A DNA stretch of 64,000 nucleotides, taken from positions 33,218 through 97,217 of the forward strand of contig JAHHRU010000003.1 of assembly GCA_020025635.1 (NCBI GenBank), in the 5' to 3' direction. The notes under the pieces are model-generated. The model made no database searches. It had not been told where the DNA came from and saw only the letters and a list, made by a program, of their open reading frames with translations. Positions 27,435 through 35,683 of the stretch are shown in pieces. The stretch is from Allofournierella sp. Its GTDB lineage: Bacteria; Bacillota; Clostridia; Oscillospirales; Ruminococcaceae. The position numbers and the translations under genes were made by a program. The stretch's first letter is position 1. Each line of letters begins with the position of its first letter.

Positions 27435-29099
27435 TCACCGGATGGTGAACACCGGGCCGATGAAATAATGCTGGAACAAGAGCACGGCACCCACCGCGCC
27501 AAAGGCCGCCGAGGTGCCCAGGGCCAGCGTGTGGGCTTTTTTCTGCCCCTGCTCCAGGCGGGGCTCCAGCACATGGCTCAAAAGCGCCGCCAGCAAAACA
27601 AACAGCATGAGGAAGGCCGGCAGGAAATACCGGGCCTGCAGCCCGATGATGCGGATCATGCCCACCGGGGTGCTGGTGATATACATGGCCGTGGCCGCAC
27701 CCGCAATGTAAACAATGCTCAGCGCTCCAAGCCCCAGGGCAGGCCGCAGCCGCAGGCTGCTTTTTTCGTGCACCGAAAGGGCCGCCGCAAACAGCAGCAC
27801 CAGCGGGCTCATCCAGCTGATGAACCCCACTTCCAGATCCAGCGCGCCGAACAGCCCCAGCTGCCCGATGAAGAAATCGTTTTCATAAAAGCTGCCCAGC
27901 AGCACCGAAACGTAACGGAAGGGGTTCTGCAAAATGCCCAAAAGCTGAGGCACCTCGGCCGCACCGGCGATCTGCCGGCCCACATAGGGGTAGTTGTAGC
28001 GGAACACCGTTCCGTACCAGTCAAAAAACTTGCCCAGGGCAAACCCGCCCACAAGGCACACCGCTGCCAGCTGCCACTTTTTCCACCGGGTCTTCCAGGC
28101 GGTTTTGGGCAGCACCAGCGGCAGAGCGATCCACAACAGGTTGATATAGGGTTTTGCCAGGTTCATCATCACAAAGGCAAAAATGAACCAGCCGATGTCG
28201 CTGTCGGTGATCTCATCCTTGCAGTAGAAGCTGGCCACCAGGTAGTAAAAGCCCAGAAGGGTGGCATCATAGCTCACCGATGCCGCCATGTAAAGGCTCA
28301 GGGGCAGCAGCATGAATGCAAGGAACACCGGCTTATACCGCCGGCAGTTTTTAAGGGCCAGCCAGCAAAGCGCCGTGTATGCGGCAAGGTTTGCCAGCCT
28401 TGCGGCATACATGCAGCCAAGGGCGCCAAAGCCCAGCAGCCGGGCCGCCAGAATACCCAAAGCTTGGGGCAGCATGGAAACGGTCATAAAGAAATAGGGC
28501 TCGCCCAGCTGTTTTTCAGCGGGCACTCCGTTTCGGTAAGCGGAAAATCCATCCAAAATGCCTTCCACCCGGCCGTTTTCGCCCCGCTGTTTCAGGGCAT
28601 AGCCTGCCGTGGTGTAGCTTTTGGGGTTGCCGTCCCCATCCATGCCCATGCCCTGACTGGTGTGGGAGGCCACATACGCCCCGGGGAAGCTTTCCACCAG
28701 CTTTGCCACATCCTGCGGATAAATGCGCTGGGCATCAAAATCGAAATGCCCGCAGCTCAAGGACCAGCTGCGCAGAAAATGGTTGGTTTCATCCGGGGTC
28801 TGCAGCGGCGGGTTTGCAAAGCAGAACAAGGCGCCGCACAAAAAAATGGCCGCGGCGGCTTTGGCGTCCAACGTGGGGATAAAGCGGTGGCACAGGTACA
28901 CCGCCAATACACAAAGCAAAGCGAGGCCTGCCGCCGCCCCATACAAAGGCAGCGGGGCCACGCCCCGGGCATCCAGATAATAAAATACCCGCCAGTAATA
29001 AACCAGGGCCGCTGCCCCGGCCGCGGCGGCCAAGGCCCCCAGCAGCCAGCCCGCTGCCGGCAGGAAGCGCCCCGCCTTTTTGTTTTTCAGAGCTTTCAT
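27435..29099 (-). CDS. polytopic membrane protein, DUF2142-like (putative GT-C-type transferase)
   Basis: 554 aa. TM1, then NPPLQTPDETNHFLRSW (the PDE..H motif I associate with DUF2142), then about 10 or more further TM helices. Confidence 0.55.
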   Translation of the reverse strand: MKALKNKKAGRFLPAAGWLLGALAAAAGAAALVYYWRVFYYLDARGVAPLPLYGAAAGLALLCVLAVYLCHRFIPTLDAKAAAAIFLCGALFCFANPPLQTPDETNHFLRSWSLSCGHFDFDAQRIYPQDVAKLVESFPGAYVASHTSQGMGMDGDGNPKSYTTAGYALKQRGENGRVEGILDGFSAYRNGVPAEKQLGEPYFFMTVSMLPQALGILAARLLGFGALGCMYAARLANLAAYTALCWLALKNCRRYKPVFLAFMLLPLSLYMAASVSYDATLLGFYYLVASFYCKDEITDSDIGWFIFAFVMMNLAKPYINLLWIALPLVLPKTAWKTRWKKWQLAAVCLVGGFALGKFFDWYGTVFRYNYPYVGRQIAGAAEVPQLLGILQNPFRYVSVLLGSFYENDFFIGQLGLFGALDLEVGFISWMSPLVLLFAAALSVHEKSSLRLRPALGLGALSIVYIAGAATAMYITSTPVGMIRIIGLQARYFLPAFLMLFVLLAALLSHVLEPRLEQGQKKAHTLALGTSAAFGAVGAVLLFQHYFIGPVFTIR

Positions 29100-29225
29100 A
29101 GATCCTCTCGATCACAATCTTTTTACAGGCAGGAACCCGCCCCAAAATGCCGCAAAACCGGGCCGGCTTTAAAAAAAGTCAGCCCGGCTGTTTTGCTGGC
29201 AGGGCCCTGCGCTTTTTCGCAGAGC

Positions 29226-30209
29226 TTACAGGTTGTACACTTCCGGCTTGTACTGATCCAGATTTGCACGCAGGAATTTGATGGTTTCGGCAAGACCCTC
29301 CTCAAAGGTATAGGCCGGCTTCCAGTCGGTGAGCGACCGGATCTTGTCGGCGCAGCCCAAAAGGCGGTTTACTTCGCTCTTTTCCGGGCGCAGGCGCTGT
29401 TCATCACAGATGATGCGTGCTTCGGGGTTGATCTGGCGGATCAGCTCGTTTGCCAGATCTCCGATGGAGTGCTCAACGCCGGTGGCAATGTTCACTTCCT
29501 GGCCGATGGCCTTCTCGCAGCCGGCAAGGGCCATGAAGCCCGCAGCGGTGTCCTTCACATAGTTGAAGTCACGGGTGGGCGTCAGGCTGCCGAGCTTGAT
29601 CTCGGTCTGGCCGCTGAGCAGCTGGGTGATGATGGTGGGAATGACCGCACGGGCACTCTGACGGGGGCCATAGGTGTTGAAGGGCCGCACGATGGTGACC
29701 GGCAGATCGAAGCTGCGGTAAAAGCTTTCAGCCAGGCGGTCGGCACCGATCTTGGTTGCCGAATAGGGGCTCTGGCCCTGGTAGGGGTGCTTTTCATCAA
29801 TGGGAACATACTGGGCGGTGCCGTAAACCTCGCTGGTGGAGGTCACCAGCAGGCGCTTGGTGCCCACCTGGCGGGCAGCATTCAGCACATTGAGGGTGCC
29901 CTTGATGTTGGTGTCCACATAGCTGTCCGGGCTGTGATAGCTGAACGGGATTGCAATGAGGGCAGCCAGATGATACACGATGTCCTGCCCTTCCATGGCA
30001 TGGCGCACACCGTTGGGGTCACGGATATCGCCCATAAACACTTCGATCTCGTTTTTGATCTCAGAAGGCAGAGAATCCAGCCAGCCCCAGCTGCCAAAGG
30101 AATTGTAATAGCAAAAAGCCTTGACCTTCTCGCCCTTGCGTACCAGTTCTTCTGTCAGGTGGCTGCCGATAAAGCCGTCAGCACCGGTTACCATTACCGT
30201 ATTTGCCAT
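29226..30209 (-). CDS. NAD-dependent sugar-nucleotide 4,6-dehydratase, LegB-like
   Basis: 327 aa. VTGADGFIGSHL, YNSFGSWGWL, STSEVYG, YSATK and RPFNTYGPRQSARAVIPTIITQ resemble the Campylobacter LegB-type GDP-GlcNAc dehydratase subgroup. First gene of the minus-strand operon. Confidence 0.82.
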   Translation of the reverse strand: MANTVMVTGADGFIGSHLTEELVRKGEKVKAFCYYNSFGSWGWLDSLPSEIKNEIEVFMGDIRDPNGVRHAMEGQDIVYHLAALIAIPFSYHSPDSYVDTNIKGTLNVLNAARQVGTKRLLVTSTSEVYGTAQYVPIDEKHPYQGQSPYSATKIGADRLAESFYRSFDLPVTIVRPFNTYGPRQSARAVIPTIITQLLSGQTEIKLGSLTPTRDFNYVKDTAAGFMALAGCEKAIGQEVNIATGVEHSIGDLANELIRQINPEARIICDEQRLRPEKSEVNRLLGCADKIRSLTDWKPAYTFEEGLAETIKFLRANLDQYKPEVYNL

Positions 30210-30265
30210 AATGATATCTCCTTCACCCAGTGAATCGGGTTGTTGTTTTGTTATTAGCAGCTTTA

Positions 30266-30294
30266 AGTATAATATAAATCCCCCCCGATTTCAA
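30266..30294 (-). promoter_or_regulatory. sigma-A type promoter for the legB-led operon
   Basis: On the minus strand: TTGAAA-N17-TATACT, about 55 nt upstream of the legB-like ATG. Confidence 0.6.
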
Positions 30295-30308
30295 GAAAAA
30301 CACACCTC

Positions 30309-30337
30309 TTTACAGTAAAGCGGCCAGCCTGTATAAT
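30309..30337 (+). promoter_or_regulatory. sigma-A type promoter for the MBOAT-led operon
   Basis: TTTACA-N17-TATAAT, about 45 nt upstream of the TTG start at 30381. Divergent from the legB promoter. Confidence 0.65.
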
Positions 30338-30380
30338 AAATGGTTGAGAACTTATTCAATAAGAAAGGAGCTCCCGGCCC

Positions 30381-31946
30381 TTGAGTTTTCAGAGTCTTTC
30401 CTATTTTGCCTTTCTGCCGCTGGCAGCCTTCGTTTATCTGAAGCTTTCCCCAAAAGGCTGGCAGAACGGTGTTCTGCTGGCTGCAAGCCTTTTGTTTTAC
30501 TGGTGGAACCGGCCTTCTGGAAGTGCATTTTCCGGCATTTGGCCGTTTGTACCGGCGGCTTTGCTTATTTTGTGCAGTCTTTTCATCTGGAGGCTGGCGC
30601 TTTCCATCGAAAAGGCCCCGGCAAACCGCCGCAGGCGTTTGATCGGCCTTGGCATTGCCGTTCTGCTGGCGGTTCTGGCCCTTTTCAAATATTACAACCT
30701 GGTTTTGCCGATGCTGCCCATTGCGCCGGGTATGCTTCACCGGCTGCCCTTTCCCTTAGGCATCAGCTTTTACAGCTTTGCCGCCATCAGCTATCTGGTG
30801 GACGTGAGCCGAAAGGATATGCCCGCCCAGCGGGATTTTGTTTCCCTTGCTGCCTTCCTGTGCTTTTTCGGCTGCATCACCGCCGGTCCCATCTGCCGGG
30901 CCCGCCTGGTGCTGCCCCAGCTTGAGCAGGAGCACCGCTTCGATGCACAGCGCACCGTTCGGGCCATGCGGCTGTTTGGGCTGGGCCTGTTTAAAAAGGT
31001 AGCGGTTGCGGATGTGCTGATGGTTTATGTTTCCCAGGTTTTCGGGGATATTCCCGGCCACGGGGGGCCTGCCCTTCTGCTTGCCACTGTTTTTTACACC
31101 CTTTACCTTTATTTTGACTTTCTGGGCTATTCCGAAATGGCTCGTGCCAGCGCCCTTCTGCTGGGCCTTGAAATTCCGGAAAACTTCAAAACGCCCTTTT
31201 TTGCCACCAACTTCTCCGGCTTTTGGAGCCGCTGGCACATCAGCCTTTCCGGCTGGCTTCAGGATTATCTGTTCACCCCCCTTGTTTGGGCCGATGTTTC
31301 CAAGGTCCCGCTTTTGGGCCGCAGGGTGAGCCGCTTTTCGCCGGTGTTCTGCGTATTCACCGTGTTTTTTGTTTCCGGCTTTTGGCATGGCAGCACCCTG
31401 CCTTTTGTTGTGTGGGGCCTTTTGCAGGGCCTTTACCGGGCCGGTGAAGAGATCGCCCACCAAAAGCTGGGCAAGCCCCGGCGCAAGACTCCCGGCCGGG
31501 TGCTGTGGGCAAAGCGGGCCGGGGTGTTCTGCCTGTGGAGCTTTGGCATGGTGTTTTTTGCCATGGGCTCAAACGTGGGCGCAGCCGCAGGCGAAAGCCG
31601 GGGCATCCGGGATGCCTTTGCCATTCTGGCCGGCTGGTTCAAAGGCTGGTCTTTTCCCCGCTTTGTTTCGGAGAGCCGGCAGGCCGTTCTGGACGGTTTC
31701 TATGCCCAGCCCCTGATGGCCGCCGCCTTTGTGCTGTTCCTGGCGGTTTCGCTCATCCTTGCCGTTTGGCTGGATGTAAAACGGAATTTCAGCTTTAAAA
31801 ACAAGGATGAAGAGCAGGTGCTGGCTGCACAGAAGCCGGTTCTGCGCTGGGTGCTTTACTATGCACTGGTGCTTCTTTCCTTTGCCGGTCTGGTGATGCA
31901 GAACGGCGGTTTTGCCGGGGGCAGCTTTGCCTACGGCGGTTTCTAA
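30381..31946 (+). CDS. MBOAT family O-acyltransferase (AlgI/DltB-like)
   Basis: 521 aa, TTG start after AAAGGAG. Multi-TM, with WRRWHISLSxWLxDYLF-like block (FWSRWHISLSGWLQDYLF) and conserved His. Confidence 0.88.
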   Translation: MSFQSLSYFAFLPLAAFVYLKLSPKGWQNGVLLAASLLFYWWNRPSGSAFSGIWPFVPAALLILCSLFIWRLALSIEKAPANRRRRLIGLGIAVLLAVLALFKYYNLVLPMLPIAPGMLHRLPFPLGISFYSFAAISYLVDVSRKDMPAQRDFVSLAAFLCFFGCITAGPICRARLVLPQLEQEHRFDAQRTVRAMRLFGLGLFKKVAVADVLMVYVSQVFGDIPGHGGPALLLATVFYTLYLYFDFLGYSEMARASALLLGLEIPENFKTPFFATNFSGFWSRWHISLSGWLQDYLFTPLVWADVSKVPLLGRRVSRFSPVFCVFTVFFVSGFWHGSTLPFVVWGLLQGLYRAGEEIAHQKLGKPRRKTPGRVLWAKRAGVFCLWSFGMVFFAMGSNVGAAAGESRGIRDAFAILAGWFKGWSFPRFVSESRQAVLDGFYAQPLMAAAFVLFLAVSLILAVWLDVKRNFSFKNKDEEQVLAAQKPVLRWVLYYALVLLSFAGLVMQNGGFAGGSFAYGGF

Positions 31947-31976
31947 ACGACAAACAAACGGAAAGGAGTGCTCTGC

Positions 31977-32966
31977 ATGGGCCGCATCCTGAAAAAAACC
32001 GCGCTGCTTTTGCTGCCGGTGGCACTTTACTTCTGCCTTTTTGCAGCCTTTGAGCCCAACAATTATTTCGGGCTGCGCTCTGCCGGCGGCGGCGAGGCCC
32101 CCATTGCCCGGCTGAAAAGCTTTGAACAGCAGCCGGGCAGCCGCATCATCATCGGCGATTCCCGCCTTGCCCATTTCGATATGCAGCAGGTGGAAGCGGT
32201 AAGCGGCCGCCCCTGGCAGAACCTGGCGTTCGGCGGGGCTTCTCTGCGGGAAGGGGTGGACGTGCTGAACTGGGCCTTAGACCACAACCCGGAGCTTTCG
32301 GAAGTGGTGTTCGGGCTTTCGTTCTACACCCTCACCACCACCTATGATGCCGACCGGATGACCAGCCTGCAGAAAACGCTGGACAACCCCTTCGCTTACT
32401 TTTTCAACCTGGAATACAACGTGAATATGCTCACCCGGCTTTCCTCCTGGGTGCAGTGGATGATTTCCACCTCCGGCGGCAAAACCGGCCTCAGCTGGGC
32501 CCAGGCTCAAATGGAAAACGAAACCGGCGACTGGGTATCGCCAAAGGATTACACCGGCCCGGACGGCACGGTGTACCCGCTGCACACAAAGCTTGCCCTT
32601 TACCCCGGCGCACTGAAAGCCCGCTGCGAGGGCTGGACCCTCAACCGCCAGCAGCTGGACCGCTTTTACGCCGCCGCCCGCCGCTGTCAGGAGCAGGGCG
32701 TCCGGCTCACGGTGGTGCTGCCGCCCATGGCGGATATCGTGCTGACCGAAAGCTGCACCCCTTACGGCATCGACCTGGCCATGGAAAACGAGGTGCTGCC
32801 GGAGCTTCGGGCAAAAGCCGATGAGCTGGGCTTTTCGGTGCTGGACTATGAATGGCACAACCGCCCAAAATACGATGATGACCGCCAGTTCTTTGACGGT
32901 TTCCACCTGGATATGAAATACGGCCTGCCGGACTGGACAGCCCAGCTGTTCACCGATCTGGGCTGA
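31977..32966 (+). CDS. DltD/AlgJ-like SGNH-type partner of the MBOAT (putative glycan O-acyltransferase accessory protein)
   Basis: N-terminal TM anchor, IIIGDSRLAHF (GDS block). Sits immediately downstream of the MBOAT. ATG at 31977 with GAAAGGAG RBS. Confidence 0.6.
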   Translation: MGRILKKTALLLLPVALYFCLFAAFEPNNYFGLRSAGGGEAPIARLKSFEQQPGSRIIIGDSRLAHFDMQQVEAVSGRPWQNLAFGGASLREGVDVLNWALDHNPELSEVVFGLSFYTLTTTYDADRMTSLQKTLDNPFAYFFNLEYNVNMLTRLSSWVQWMISTSGGKTGLSWAQAQMENETGDWVSPKDYTGPDGTVYPLHTKLALYPGALKARCEGWTLNRQQLDRFYAAARRCQEQGVRLTVVLPPMADIVLTESCTPYGIDLAMENEVLPELRAKADELGFSVLDYEWHNRPKYDDDRQFFDGFHLDMKYGLPDWTAQLFTDLG

Positions 32967-32982
32967 GGGAGGCATTTTCACT

Positions 32983-34296
32983 GTGGGTCTTGATTTTCTG
33001 ATTTTATACGAACACACCGTTCGGGAATACGAAAGCGATCTGCTTTTAAAGCTGGAGCTGGAGCGCCGGGGCTACACCGCCGAGATCCGCCAGCTGCTGG
33101 ACCGCAAAAAGCTGAAATACTTCACCTGGAAAAAGCCCCGGGTGCTGGTTTCCAGCTGCATGTATGACAACGAAGCCATCAACAGCCATGTTTACAACAA
33201 CGTGGGAAGGCTTGACAAGATCGTGAACCTCCACTGGGAGCAGATGCTTTCGGACGATCAGGAGGAAGGCGACTGGTTCAACATGAGCGGCAACGCCAAA
33301 AAATGCGTGCAGACCTGCTGGGGCAGCCGCACCGCCGACCGCCTGGTGAGCCACGGCATGGAGCGTAAAAACTGCCCGGTGACCGGTGCGGTGATGATGG
33401 ATTTTCTGCGGCCGGAATTCAAGGGCTATTATGCAGACAAACAGCAGCTCTGCCAGGAATTCGGCCTTGACCCCAAAAAGGAGCTGCACCTTTACATTTC
33501 CAGCTTCGGCTATGCCAGCATGACCGAGCAGGAGGTAAAGGAGCTGAGCGAAATGGCCGGCACCGATTTCACCGGCTTTGCCGCCACCAACCGCATCAGC
33601 ATGAAAGAAACGCTGGACTGGTTCGACCGGTATCTGGAAAGCCACCCGGAGGTGGAGCTTGTCTACCGGCGCCACCCCAGCGAGTGGAACAGCCCCGCTC
33701 TTTCCCAGCTGAGCAAAAAACGGCCCAACTTCCATGTGATCTTTGAGCGCAGTGTGAAAGACTGGATCGTTGCGGCAGACTCCATCTCCATCTGGATGAG
33801 CACCGCCATTGCCGAGGTTTACATGGCCGGCAAAAGCTGCCACATCCTGCGCCCGGTGCCCATTGAGCACGAATATGACCCGGTCATTTACAAAGATGCC
33901 CGCTATATCACCAGCTACGAAGAATTCGCTTGTGCCATGGCCGAAAAGGACCCGCCCTTCCCCATCGCAAAGGATGTGATCGAGGGCTATTTTGACCCAA
34001 GCGATGCGCCCGCCTACAAGCGCATGGCCGATCTTTTGGAAGAGGTGCTCAAAAATCCCCCCCGGGCAAAGCCCATGGGTGAGGGCTTCACCCCTCATTT
34101 CAACTGGCTCAAGTTCTTTGCGCTCTGGGGCGTTCACATCCTGTTTTTCTTCCATCTCAAGCCCCAAAAGGTGTTTTTCTTCCACAAGGGCCTTGCCGAT
34201 TTTGCACAGCGCATCTACGGCTATGTGGAAAAAGCCTGGGTGCCCGGGGATAAGGCCAAAGCCATGGAAGACCGCATCCGTCCCTATGTAAAATAA
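32983..34296 (+). CDS. putative GT-B-like surface-carbohydrate biosynthesis protein (candidate CMP-nonulosonate transferase)
   Basis: 437 aa, soluble. The C-terminal half has a Rossmann-like pattern (LVYRRHPSE...VIFERSVKDWIVAADSISIWMSTAIAEVYMAGK) reminiscent of capsule/surface polysaccharide GT-B proteins. The family assignment is tentative. Confidence 0.45.
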   Translation: MGLDFLILYEHTVREYESDLLLKLELERRGYTAEIRQLLDRKKLKYFTWKKPRVLVSSCMYDNEAINSHVYNNVGRLDKIVNLHWEQMLSDDQEEGDWFNMSGNAKKCVQTCWGSRTADRLVSHGMERKNCPVTGAVMMDFLRPEFKGYYADKQQLCQEFGLDPKKELHLYISSFGYASMTEQEVKELSEMAGTDFTGFAATNRISMKETLDWFDRYLESHPEVELVYRRHPSEWNSPALSQLSKKRPNFHVIFERSVKDWIVAADSISIWMSTAIAEVYMAGKSCHILRPVPIEHEYDPVIYKDARYITSYEEFACAMAEKDPPFPIAKDVIEGYFDPSDAPAYKRMADLLEEVLKNPPRAKPMGEGFTPHFNWLKFFALWGVHILFFFHLKPQKVFFFHKGLADFAQRIYGYVEKAWVPGDKAKAMEDRIRPYVK

Positions 34297-34305
34297 GGAG
34301 GCTTC

Positions 34306-35535
34306 ATGGAAAAACAGCTTCGGAAGAATTTGCTCTTCAACACCGCCGGCAGCCTGCTGTTCTATGTGTGCCAGGCCTCCATGAACCTGCTGGTCACCGC
34401 CTTTGCGGGCATTGCCGCAAACGGGATGCTGGCCACCGCAATGACCATTGCCAATGTTTGTTTGAGCGTTGCCGCGTTTGGCATGCGCACCTTTCAGGTT
34501 TCGGATCTTGACGCAAAATACACCGACCGCACCTACCTTTTGAGCCGCTATGCCACCCTTGCCCTGGCCTTTGCCGGGTGCATGGGCTTTGCCTTTATCA
34601 ATGCCTATTCTGCCCGGCAGCGGTGGGTGATCCTGCTGTACACCGGCTACCGGCTGGTGGAAAGCTGGAGCGATGTGTGGCACGGCTATTTGCAAAGGGC
34701 CGAGCGGATGGACATTGTGGGCATCAGCTTTGGGGTGCGCGGCCTTGTGACCGCCGTCACCGTGACCCTGGGCCTTGTGTTCACCAAAGATCTGGTCCTC
34801 ACACTGGGCGCTTTGTTTGTACTCAACGCGGTCTATGTGCTTTTTGCGGACATCCCCCTTGCAAAAAAGCAGGCCGATTTTTCCCAAAAAGGCGGTCCCG
34901 GTGTGGGTGCCCTTTTGCTGGAATGCGCACCGCTTGCGGTTTACGCCAGCCTCAACACCTCCATTCCATCGGTCCCCCGCTATTTCTGTGAGCGGATCGC
35001 CGGTGAGGTGCAGCTGAGCTATTTTGCCAACGTGTTCCTACCGGTTATGATTTTGCAGGTGGCGGTCATCTACCTGTTCGTTCCCTTCATCACCACCTTT
35101 GCCCGCCTGTGGAACGGGCGTGACCGAACCGGTTACTACAAGGGCCTTGCCCTGCTGGGCGGTGCGCTGCTGGTCATCTGGGCAGCCGGTGCCGCCGGCT
35201 GTGCGCTGCTGGGCCGCTGGGGGCTTTCCATCCTGTACCCCACCACCCCGGAGATCCTGGACTATGCGGGCCTCCTGCAGCCGCTGGTTGCGGCCACCGT
35301 GCTTACCATTGCCGCCACCGTGCTGTGCAACCTGCTCACCATCGCCCGGGCCATGACAGGCCTGATCGTGAGCTGCCTTGCGGGCCTTCTGGCCGCGCTT
35401 GCGGCCAGCCCCCTTTTCATCCGGGCCGGCGGCGTTTGGGGCACAGCCTTTGCCACCATCGCGGGCATCGGCACCCAAAGCCTGTTCTTACTTGTTTTTC
35501 TGCTGGTGCGCTGCAAAAAGCAGTTTGCCGAATAA
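34306..35535 (+). CDS. oligosaccharide flippase, MOP/Wzx-like
   Basis: 409 aa, about 12 TM helices. N-terminus KNLLFNTAGSLLFYVCQ is typical of polysaccharide-transport (Wzx) proteins. Confidence 0.72.
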   Translation: MEKQLRKNLLFNTAGSLLFYVCQASMNLLVTAFAGIAANGMLATAMTIANVCLSVAAFGMRTFQVSDLDAKYTDRTYLLSRYATLALAFAGCMGFAFINAYSARQRWVILLYTGYRLVESWSDVWHGYLQRAERMDIVGISFGVRGLVTAVTVTLGLVFTKDLVLTLGALFVLNAVYVLFADIPLAKKQADFSQKGGPGVGALLLECAPLAVYASLNTSIPSVPRYFCERIAGEVQLSYFANVFLPVMILQVAVIYLFVPFITTFARLWNGRDRTGYYKGLALLGGALLVIWAAGAAGCALLGRWGLSILYPTTPEILDYAGLLQPLVAATVLTIAATVLCNLLTIARAMTGLIVSCLAGLLAALAASPLFIRAGGVWGTAFATIAGIGTQSLFLLVFLLVRCKKQFAE

Positions 35536-35544
35536 TCAAAAGCA

Positions 35545-35600
35545 GCCGATCCCCTTTTGACCTTTTTTCGCAAAAAGGCTGGTATGGGGGTCGGCTTTTG
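35545..35600 (+). terminator. compound hairpin plus T-run after the Wzx-like gene
   Basis: GCCGATCCCC...(inner hairpin CCTTTTTTCGCAAAAAGG)...GGGGGTCGGC, followed by TTTTG. Confidence 0.5.
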
Positions 35601-35683
35601 TGTTATACTGAATACATCAGCGGGCATATCGCCCGCGTTTTCTCTTGAAAAACAGATTTTCAATGAAGAAAGGAATCTGCGTT

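Noticed and set aside
27183-30233. 1016-aa plus-strand ORF, the longest in the track
   Set aside because: It runs antisense across three separate minus-strand genes (a PMT-like protein, the DUF2142-like protein and the LegB-like gene) and across their 126-bp intergenic spacer. The product is Arg/Gly/Ala/Pro/His/Gln-rich with no motif. The opposite-strand products carry clear family signatures. It is a typical stop-free antisense frame in G+C-rich coding DNA.
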